Positions 16,067 through 23,896 of a stretch of DNA of 40,435 nt are shown here, piece after piece. Made by a program: the position numbers and the translations under genes. This stretch comes from a virus (lineage: Duplodnaviria > Caudoviricetes). Location: positions 1 to 40,435 of the IMG/VR virus record IMGVR_UViG_3300012172_000002. One strand, given 5' to 3'. Within the stretch, counting starts at the first letter, position 1; every line of letters starts with the position of its first letter. The notes under the pieces are model-generated. The model was not told the DNA's origin. It worked only from the letters and a program-made list of their open reading frames with translations, and searched no databases.

Positions 16067-16657
16067 TTAACCTGCTATTGTTGTGATATAGGTCATTAGA
16101 ACTTTCCAATTTATTGTTTTTGCTGCTAGACCTGTTACGGTAAAAGAAACTGCATTTGCTCCTGCTACTTGTATGTCAATAGAAGTTCCAGCCATTGACA
16201 TAGGTACAAAAGTGCTTGCCACCTCTATACCCAATTCGGTAGAAGTTGCTCCATCTGTAGATGCTCCATATGTTGCTGTAAACACGGCACCTGCATTATC
16301 TGTAGTATTATAAGCAACAAAATCGGCTCTGAAAAAATATGTAGATGCAGTAGCATCCAATATAAAACTTAAAATTTGAGTTTCTGTACCGTCTGTTGTC
16401 GTAACCTCTCCGATAGATCTATTAGTTAAAACTGCCTGCACAAGATCAGTTGATCCGGTTCCCCCCGCTCCTGAATATAAAACTAAACCAGCGTCATTGT
16501 TTACATCTGTGTCATTTGGAGTTGCATCACTACCAAAAATTCTTATAACACCGGCATTTGGGGTTGCATTGGTTGATCCTGTGCCCTCAGATAAAAGAGC
16601 AGTTATAGGACCTCCGCCACCCCCTCCGCTTCCATTTATAGAACCTGCTTGGCTCAT
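16067..16657 (-). CDS. Virion tail accessory protein
   Basis: MSQAG/poly-Gly start, T/A/G-rich, within the fibre operon. Confidence 0.6.
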   Translation of the reverse strand: MSQAGSINGSGGGGGGPITALLSEGTGSTNATPNAGVIRIFGSDATPNDTDVNNDAGLVLYSGAGGTGSTDLVQAVLTNRSIGEVTTTDGTETQILSFILDATASTYFFRADFVAYNTTDNAGAVFTATYGASTDGATSTELGIEVASTFVPMSMAGTSIDIQVAGANAVSFTVTGLAAKTINWKVLMTYITTIAG

Positions 16658-16996
16658 TTAGAACCCCTTGACGTATTGAGTTACTAGATAGACTGAATCT
16701 GTCCCGCCGGCTCCCATAGTTCCTTTTACATAGAACTGAGTGCCTGCTGGCAATAATGGGGATGCCCCTGCTGCACCTGTCTTTCCTTCGTCATAAAGCC
16801 AAAAGGATCCAGCTGGACATACATCAACATCATTAACACCATCTATTGATATGGTTACTAAAGCTGTGGAGTTGTTGACCATCTTGCAAATGTAGGATGG
16901 ATGAACTAAAGGATCGCCTAGCTCTTGATATGTGCCATCAAAAGGACCAGCAAGAGATCTTAAAGTCTCCCATGCAATTCTTCCGTTAAAAGCCAT
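16658..16996 (-). CDS. Small virion-associated protein
   Basis: GAGG SD; abuts the next gene. Confidence 0.6.
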   Translation of the reverse strand: MAFNGRIAWETLRSLAGPFDGTYQELGDPLVHPSYICKMVNNSTALVTISIDGVNDVDVCPAGSFWLYDEGKTGAAGASPLLPAGTQFYVKGTMGAGGTDSVYLVTQYVKGF

Positions 16997-17067
16997 CTGA
17001 TACCTCTATAGCCGCTTCATGGCTATTTTGTTTTTCTTGTTCTTCTTTAATCTTAATATCATGCTCT

Positions 17068-19500
17068 TTATGTCGGACGAACAATAAAGTAGGCGTAAGT
17101 GCTCACGTCATTCGTTTGCGTGCTTCCGGGGGTCCCAAGAATAACGCTAGTGACCGTAAAGCTAGTCGCGTTAGTAATACTATACGTAAGTTCACCCAAA
17201 ACAGTAGAAGCCGCCACCCCTATACGAGTAAGGATTATAACGTCTCCCGTCGCGATGTTGGTATTCAAGATAGTCTGGGTACCGGCAGTAAGAACACCTG
17301 TCCCGATAAAGTCGGTAACAGCGCCTCCATTCACAAGCAACGTTCTGGCAACAGATGCAATAGCTAAGTGACCACCAGAAACATTGAAGTTACCAGTTCC
17401 AGTTGTTGCAGTAATACCACCTGCCGCATCCGATGCAGTCAATTGGATTGCTGTTGCAGCTGCTTGAGAAGACGCTACATTGATTTGCAATGCACCATCC
17501 ATGTCAATACCACCAGCTGCAGCCTCTAGATTAATGGCATCGGCTGAAGCTAATCCAGTTGCTCTTAAAGTGATACCACCGACATCTGACAATAGACCAA
17601 TTGATGAAACACCAGTACCCTGATCGGAATGAATTTGAATTGTTTCACTCGTTCCGCCGTTTGCATGAAGTCTAATGGCTAAAGCAGCGTCTTCAGTTGC
17701 AGACACAAGAACCGACCCTAATACTGAACCCATATTTAAATCAGCTCCGGCACCTGTAACAGTAACGTTAGAGGTTGCAGCTCCATCAATTGAGAAAGCA
17801 CCTGTAGTATCAACTGCGATACCTGTTGTTCCTGCATCAATGTCTATTCCACCACCTGCATTGCTTGCAACAATTCTAACAGCTGTAGCGGATGCCTGAG
17901 ATGAATCAATATTTATTTGTAGAGCTGCATCTAGGTCAAATCCACCTGTTGAATCTACGTTAACTGCATCAGCGGCGGCTTCACCGGCATTAATATTTAT
18001 AGATCCGGCCGTCGATTGCACTGTGATATCAAATGCGCCTGTGGCTGTGAAATTAGATGCTGCGGCAGCGTCTAAACTGATTCCGCCAGTTGTATCAACA
18101 ATGAAACCAGCAGTACCGGCATCTATATCGATACCACCACCTGCAGCAGATGCTACGATATTGACTGCATCAGCCGTTGCAAGACCACCGGATAAAGTCA
18201 ATCCACCAGCTGTTGAAGAAATATCAACGGAAGCTGCATTAGTACCTTGCTGGTTTCTTATTCTAATGGTTTCTGATGTACCACCATTAGTGTTCAATGT
18301 GATAGCTAGGGCGGCATTTTCTGTTGAGCTAATATTGACAGAGCTTCCTGTGGCTATAATATCAATATCTTCACCAGCACTTGCGCCAGATGCCAGAATA
18401 TCGATACCTCCAGCAGTTGCTTCAATAACAATTGAGTCAGCAGCGCTTTGTGAAGTGGCAATATTAATTTGACCTACTGCGTCGACATCAATACCACCGG
18501 CTGTTGCATCAATGTTAATTGCATCTGATACAGCTTCAGTAGCAGAAAGAACAATGGAGCTTCCTGTAGCAGTTAAGGAAATGTCTTCTGTGGCAGCAGC
18601 ACCGGTAGCTCTTAAACGTATACCACCAGCTGTAGAAATAATATCAACAGCATCCACCGCGCTTTCAGTGGCTTGTAAGACGATACTACCACCAGTGTTT
18701 GTGATGTTAATATCTTCTGTAGCAGCTCCCACAGCATCGATATCTATACCACCAGCAGAGGCAACGATTCTAATCGCATCTACAGCATTCTGTGAAGATG
18801 CTAGATTCATCTGCAAGGCTACGTCCACATCTAGACCACCAGCAGCTGATAGAACTCGTACAGCATCCGCCGCAGCTTCTTCACCGTTTACAACTACACG
18901 TCCAGCCGCAGAAGCCAGAGTTAGATCAATACCTGCTCCTGATACGTCAACGGTAGATGCGGCTGCTGCTGTAATGTCAAATCCAGTACCCGTTGCTCCA
19001 GTAAATGAAATAGTTCCTGTAGCTGTAAGATCAGTAAATGAACCAGCACCTGAACCACCAGCCACATATGTAGCAAGTTTTAGAGGTGTTACAATTGTTG
19101 TGTCATTAGTTCCTGTATTTGTCTCTGCTTGTGTTGCAAGTTCTGCAATACCAGCTTGTGTTTCAGTAGCCGGAGGAACGGCACCGGCAACGACACCAGC
19201 AATTACTGTTGCTACGTCGTTAGCTGTCGGAACATAAGCTCCAGCAGGGGCAGTTCCGGTTTGCAATTCAGTTAAAGTAGCTAATTGAACAATACCAAAA
19301 GTCGAAGTTGTAGCATCACCGTTACCGCCCAGCTCCCATGAAGAGCCGTTCCAGATATACTGTGTAAATGGAGATGTAGACCTATCAAAATATGACTGAC
19401 CTAAGTCAACTCCTCTTAAATTTCCAGATGGTGCTCCTTGTCCTTGGATTGCAGCTGAAAGTGAGTTGCTAAGACCTGTTAAACCGTATGTTCTTACCAT
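17068..19500 (-). CDS. Long repetitive tail fibre or needle (beta-solenoid)
   Basis: Fibre repeat ATETQAGIAELATQAE...IVTPLKL followed by many DA(I/V)xIxAxAGGIDID repeats. Confidence 0.75.
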   Translation of the reverse strand: MVRTYGLTGLSNSLSAAIQGQGAPSGNLRGVDLGQSYFDRSTSPFTQYIWNGSSWELGGNGDATTSTFGIVQLATLTELQTGTAPAGAYVPTANDVATVIAGVVAGAVPPATETQAGIAELATQAETNTGTNDTTIVTPLKLATYVAGGSGAGSFTDLTATGTISFTGATGTGFDITAAAASTVDVSGAGIDLTLASAAGRVVVNGEEAAADAVRVLSAAGGLDVDVALQMNLASSQNAVDAIRIVASAGGIDIDAVGAATEDINITNTGGSIVLQATESAVDAVDIISTAGGIRLRATGAAATEDISLTATGSSIVLSATEAVSDAINIDATAGGIDVDAVGQINIATSQSAADSIVIEATAGGIDILASGASAGEDIDIIATGSSVNISSTENAALAITLNTNGGTSETIRIRNQQGTNAASVDISSTAGGLTLSGGLATADAVNIVASAAGGGIDIDAGTAGFIVDTTGGISLDAAAASNFTATGAFDITVQSTAGSININAGEAAADAVNVDSTGGFDLDAALQINIDSSQASATAVRIVASNAGGGIDIDAGTTGIAVDTTGAFSIDGAATSNVTVTGAGADLNMGSVLGSVLVSATEDAALAIRLHANGGTSETIQIHSDQGTGVSSIGLLSDVGGITLRATGLASADAINLEAAAGGIDMDGALQINVASSQAAATAIQLTASDAAGGITATTGTGNFNVSGGHLAIASVARTLLVNGGAVTDFIGTGVLTAGTQTILNTNIATGDVIILTRIGVAASTVLGELTYSITNATSFTVTSVILGTPGSTQTNDVSTYAYFIVRPT

Positions 19501-19573
19501 AATAAAACCCTTGTAAAATTGTTCTCTTTTGACCTAAATATTGCATATTTAATCACTTATGGAAAGGTGCATC

Positions 19574-19602
19574 TTGCGCAAATTTACACATCCTCATACA
19601 AT
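19574..19602 (+). promoter_or_regulatory. Promoter giving a leaderless mRNA
   Basis: TTGCGC-17 nt-TACAAT; the ATG follows at 19609 with no SD; palindrome TAAATAT-TGC-ATATTTA at 19536-19552. Confidence 0.55.
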
Positions 19603-19608
19603 GCGAGT

Positions 19609-19836
19609 ATGGATGAGAAGTTTTATACAGTTAAAGAATTTGCTTACATCTTGATGGTTCATCCCTCAACTGTTAGAAGAGCGATCAAGAATGGACATAT
19701 TGCAGCGTTTCGAGTAGGATTTGGCAAGAAATCATCCCTTCGAATCCTCAAATATGAGCTAGAAAGGATGCAGGCTTTCAATCTTGAAGAGATTATCCAG
19801 AATAGGATTAAGGAGTTGGAGTCAAATAAATTGTAG
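19609..19836 (+). CDS. Excisionase/MerR-like HTH DNA-binding protein
   Basis: FYTVKEFAYILMVHPSTVRRAIKNGHIAAFRVG...LRI. Confidence 0.85.
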   Translation: MDEKFYTVKEFAYILMVHPSTVRRAIKNGHIAAFRVGFGKKSSLRILKYELERMQAFNLEEIIQNRIKELESNKL

Positions 19837-19926
19837 GGCTTATATTCAATGACTTAATGTGCTATACTGAAAGATAATGAGATTCACAAATGGCTGAATT
19901 ATATCAAAAAAAACAAGGAGTTGAAT

Positions 19927-20157
19927 ATGTATAAATTTTTAACATTAGTTGCTGCATCATTTATGGTGATTTCATCAGCAGAATGTATTCAGATAATTCA
20001 TGCACCCAGTAGAAATCGTTCATCAGAGGAAACTCATCGTTTGAATCAAGAAGAGGAACAGATGGAAATGAATAGAGAATCCTTGAGAATTCAAAGACAA
20101 ATGCTTAATGAATATCAAAGTCAAAATCTTAGAAATAGAATGAATTATGGTAGGTAA
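19927..20157 (+). CDS. Small exported protein
   Basis: AAGGAG SD; signal peptide MYKFLTLVAASFMVISSA; charged coiled region. Confidence 0.65.
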   Translation: MYKFLTLVAASFMVISSAECIQIIHAPSRNRSSEETHRLNQEEEQMEMNRESLRIQRQMLNEYQSQNLRNRMNYGR

Positions 20158-20159
20158 AT

Positions 20160-20249
20160 ATGATCATACTTGCTCCATCTTTCACATGTTTATTTTTTTG
20201 GATGATATTGTGTTGGATTGATAGGGATGAAAAATATGAGGATTTCTGA
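20160..20249 (+). CDS. 29-aa membrane peptide (MIILAPSFTCLFFWMILCWIDRDEKYEDF)
   Basis: Translated by hand; fills the gap before the convergent stop. Confidence 0.4.
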   Translation: MIILAPSFTCLFFWMILCWIDRDEKYEDF

Positions 20250-20252
20250 AAT

Positions 20253-21596
20253 TTATTCAAATTCTTTTTCATAATGATCTTGCAATGCTTTCGCATTCCT
20301 GCTTACCTGAGAAGCGTTTCCACTTGCTGCCCCCTTTAGGATATTTCCATAGAACTTTCTTAAAGTGGGGCTTTGAATTACTTGATGAAGAACTTTGTAT
20401 GCTTGATATGCAGGAATGCCTGGAACGGCGGCGATTGCTAAACCCTTACCTGCTATAGACAATCCGCCCAATCCAAGTAATGTTTTAATTCCTGGATTTC
20501 TTATCGAGTCTTTGACTGTCTTTTTTATAAAAGTCGCCATCTTATCACTGGATTCATATGCCCCATAGGCCTCATTTGCAGCCTTATTTAGCTTTAAGAA
20601 TTCGGGATTTTGTGTTTGACCATATTCGTTAAGACCTTCAATAACCTCTTTTTTCACTAAATCAAGATTTGCGCTAATTTTCTTTTTAATGAGTTTCGGT
20701 ATCTGAACTTCATATCCTCCTAATTCGGACTTGATCTCATTGATTGCCTTCCTGAAATCCATCAATTCTTGTACTTCTATTTCAGGATGAACAATTGTAA
20801 TCTTCTTAGCCCTTTTTGTACCTGCTTGTGCAACTTGATGAATAGTTCTTTTAAATTTTTTCTCAATTTCATTCACTTTTATCAATGCTTTTTCTGTGGA
20901 TGGTCTCGTTCCTCCGCTTTCCAATATTTTCTTTAGATTTATTAATGAAGTTTGAAGTTTTGGAGAAGTTGTTTTAGCACCCTTTGGAACAAGTTTTTCG
21001 CTTTCTTTGAAGAGATTTGATGCGAATTTCTTGGCGCCTCCTTGCTTCAAATTCATCAAATCAAGAGTGATCATAGTGCCAATCTTTGCGGCATCTGCTG
21101 ATTTTTCTCCACCAACATACTTAACTCCCTCTTTGACAAGATTAGCAACCACAGGGATTCCAATATTTCTTACCATATTATATTTTCCGGAACCAGGCAT
21201 CATAAAAGATGATATATCCTGAAGAACCTCATCGCTCTTTTCTTCTGCTTCATTTTTAGGCTTTGTGTAACCTAAAGTTGCTTTCTCAGAGAATTCTTTT
21301 AAGCTTTGGGAGGTTGGTAAGCTTGTTTCTGGATCAGCTCCAAATAGATATTTCCCAAATGAATATAAGTCTCCAGGTAGTCCTAAAGCTGTTTCTAATA
21401 CTCTAGATGTTCCCCTAGCGGTATGTCGTTCAATCTCACGTTCAAGATCATTCTCACCTTCAAAAGGAAATTCTTTAGAAACCGCTTTATTTGGTTGTTG
21501 CTTTGCCAATTTGTAGAATGGATTCTCAGATGGCTGTTCTGGAGCTTGTGGAGATCGACTTGAAGCTAGTTTATAGAAAGGATTATTGGGGGACAT
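20253..21596 (-). CDS. Putative DNA ejection (internal virion) protein 3
   Basis: Helical, Gly/Ala hydrophobic patch, duplicated NPFYKLA; last of three ejection-like genes. Confidence 0.6.
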   Translation of the reverse strand: MSPNNPFYKLASSRSPQAPEQPSENPFYKLAKQQPNKAVSKEFPFEGENDLEREIERHTARGTSRVLETALGLPGDLYSFGKYLFGADPETSLPTSQSLKEFSEKATLGYTKPKNEAEEKSDEVLQDISSFMMPGSGKYNMVRNIGIPVVANLVKEGVKYVGGEKSADAAKIGTMITLDLMNLKQGGAKKFASNLFKESEKLVPKGAKTTSPKLQTSLINLKKILESGGTRPSTEKALIKVNEIEKKFKRTIHQVAQAGTKRAKKITIVHPEIEVQELMDFRKAINEIKSELGGYEVQIPKLIKKKISANLDLVKKEVIEGLNEYGQTQNPEFLKLNKAANEAYGAYESSDKMATFIKKTVKDSIRNPGIKTLLGLGGLSIAGKGLAIAAVPGIPAYQAYKVLHQVIQSPTLRKFYGNILKGAASGNASQVSRNAKALQDHYEKEFE

Positions 21597-22806
21597 TGTA
21601 TCCGTCCTCAATAGCCATTTGGGTTGCAATTTCTGGATCGTCGTTTGCTATTTTCAGATACATTAATATTGTATCATCGCTTAAGGGGGTTCCTGGAGGC
21701 ACAGATCTTCTTCCGATCTTATTCAATTTATCCTTATCATCTGATAAACTTAAAATTCTTTGTTGATGATCTCTTATTTCATCACCATATCTTTCTTCGA
21801 ACTTTCTGTCTATTTCGGATTGGTAGTTAGCTGGACGATATCCTCCGTTTTCGCTTTTCAATTCATCTCCAATCTTTTTCTTAAGCATTGGTATTTCGTT
21901 TTCAAGTTTCATGAATTCGGCAATATATCGATTAGCCTGAGGATCTTTGCTAGCAGTCACAATTTTTTGCATAAGAAGACGAATATCTGAATCGCTCAAT
22001 ACGCCTCCAAGCAATTGCCTTTGACCTTCAAGTTGAGAAAGAGTATTGGCATCAAATTCTTGGGCTGTCTTAGATCTTAATATATCGGTCAGTGGGCCTG
22101 CAATACCTGTAGAAATGAATCTATCCCACCAGCCGATTTTATCCACGTTTGCCAATTGTCTATCTAATGATCGGTTTTTCTTCTCTGCTGCTTTGGCTTC
22201 TGTTGCTAGTCCTTCGTCATATTGTGATGATTCTTTATGAAAGAATTGCCTTTCTTGAACTTGTAACTTTTCTCGTCTCGCTTCATCGCGATCAATTTGC
22301 TTATTTTTTTCAATATATGATTTTGCTAGGTTTGGAGCTGCTATTGATGCTGCATCAATTCTTTCTTGAGGAATTCTCTGAGGACCTGTTTTGAGTTTAA
22401 CTTCTCCAAGATCCATAACTCCAGGCTCTTGCATCTGAGGCTGACCATCCGATGGTTCCATTCCTGGCTGTTGTTGGCCACCTTGACCACCTTGGGCGCC
22501 AAAAGTTCCACCTAAACCAAGATCTCCTAGCATTTCTTTCATGGCACCATATTTTGCTAATGGCTTTTGTTGCTCTTGATATCCTTTAAGTAGCTGCATT
22601 TGGAAGTCAGCAGGCAAGTTTGAAGCGCCTTCGATTCCTAAGGATTGTAAGAAATTACCCATTTGCTGTTGTTGAGCTTCTTGCTGCTGTTTCTGCTTCT
22701 GCTCTTGTTGGAACTGTTGAGCCATTGGCAAAACTTTTTCAAGACCGCCTGCAAGCTTTTGGGCAAATGTTTTCTTCTGCCTTCCAGGGGGTAACATTAT
22801 AACCAT
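21583..22806 (-). CDS. Putative DNA ejection protein 2
   Basis: Gln/Gly-rich N-terminus plus coiled coil; position after the nozzle gene. Confidence 0.6.
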   Translation of the reverse strand: MVIMLPPGRQKKTFAQKLAGGLEKVLPMAQQFQQEQKQKQQQEAQQQQMGNFLQSLGIEGASNLPADFQMQLLKGYQEQQKPLAKYGAMKEMLGDLGLGGTFGAQGGQGGQQQPGMEPSDGQPQMQEPGVMDLGEVKLKTGPQRIPQERIDAASIAAPNLAKSYIEKNKQIDRDEARREKLQVQERQFFHKESSQYDEGLATEAKAAEKKNRSLDRQLANVDKIGWWDRFISTGIAGPLTDILRSKTAQEFDANTLSQLEGQRQLLGGVLSDSDIRLLMQKIVTASKDPQANRYIAEFMKLENEIPMLKKKIGDELKSENGGYRPANYQSEIDRKFEERYGDEIRDHQQRILSLSDDKDKLNKIGRRSVPPGTPLSDDTILMYLKIANDDPEIATQMAIEDGYNVPQ

Positions 22807-22815
22807 ATAATCTCC

Positions 22816-23391
22816 TTAAAACATTCCGCCAAGTGTAGATCCTAATTGTGCACCAAGTACGGGCTGACCAAAGAAAGCCCCTCCTACTCCACCAGCCACT
22901 CCTCCCAATAATGATCCCCATCCAGAAGGTTCTTTCTCTGGCTTTTGCATTAGAGTTCGTTCGTATGGCCTTTGACCCATTAACATTTGGGAATAGTTCA
23001 TCATATCATTGAGAGCTTGTCTTTGTAGGTTTTGGCGATTAGCTGCTAGATCTTGAGCAAAGTTAGAGACTGCCGCTGTTCCTGTGTTCTGAAACCCGCT
23101 GCTTCTTCTTGTTCCTAGGGATCCCTGACCAGGAACTCCCCTGCTTGCTCCGCTAAATCTAGAACCTAAACCGCCAAGCATTTCCTGAAATTGCCTCATA
23201 GCTGGAGCTTCCATCTCGGCAAACATCTCTTCATCACCGCCAGCTAGTCTGCTTAAGTAACTGCCAGGCTTAAGTTGATTAAAACCTTGCTTATAGAGAC
23301 GCATTTGCTTAGGGTCAAACTGCTGAAGCTGCCCTGTCTTGTATCCTGAAGGGATAATATCTCCCGATCTTCCTGATGGCCCTTGTACCAT
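22816..23391 (-). CDS. Putative DNA ejection or pilot protein 1
   Basis: Gly/Gln-rich with a glycine-zipper hydrophobic C-terminus GSLLGGVAGGVGGAFFG. Confidence 0.65.
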   Translation of the reverse strand: MVQGPSGRSGDIIPSGYKTGQLQQFDPKQMRLYKQGFNQLKPGSYLSRLAGGDEEMFAEMEAPAMRQFQEMLGGLGSRFSGASRGVPGQGSLGTRRSSGFQNTGTAAVSNFAQDLAANRQNLQRQALNDMMNYSQMLMGQRPYERTLMQKPEKEPSGWGSLLGGVAGGVGGAFFGQPVLGAQLGSTLGGMF

Positions 23392-23422
23392 AAGTATCTC
23401 CTTTTCTATCAGTTATATCAAA

Positions 23423-23896
23423 TTATGGGTTAGCTATCCATTCCAAAGTTACAAGCCCATTAGTGCATGTTGGGGGTGCACCAGCTCCTTTAGTAATAAT
23501 GATCTGTGTGCTACTAACCTTAACGCCAATCTGATTGGTCACATTCACTACATCAACATAAGGTAAAGCTTGCCAATAGGTTCCATCGTAGAACGTGCCC
23601 CAAATCCTCACGAAATTGGTAAGTGAAGAGACGTTTATCCCATGAGTAATGGTTAAATTAGAATCATCCCATGTGTAGGTTTGCCTATACCCTGCTTGTA
23701 CCTTGTTTTGATAATATAACCATGTCTCGCCATTTTGCACCGAGCGATTGATTGTAAAGAACCCAATTGTTCGGTTATTTACATTCCTGGCTATGTCTAC
23801 ATAGCTTTTGTCGAGCTCCATTGAAAGCTGATGCAGATCTTCAGTGAAGTTTCTGGATGTTCGAAGGAATCCGCTTCTTGCAAAAGTGTCATTCAC
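23423..23896 (-). CDS. Virion structural protein
   Basis: GTGA-coupled to the nozzle gene; beta-rich. Confidence 0.6.
   Translation of the reverse strand: MNDTFARSGFLRTSRNFTEDLHQLSMELDKSYVDIARNVNNRTIGFFTINRSVQNGETWLYYQNKVQAGYRQTYTWDDSNLTITHGINVSSLTNFVRIWGTFYDGTYWQALPYVDVVNVTNQIGVKVSSTQIIITKGAGAPPTCTNGLVTLEWIANP

Noticed and set aside
17099-19237. Long + strand ORFs (for example 18512-19237 and 18023-18472) opposite the repeat fibre
   Set aside because: Shadow frames caused by Ala/Gly/Thr/Ile codon bias on the coding strand; no SD and no protein-like features
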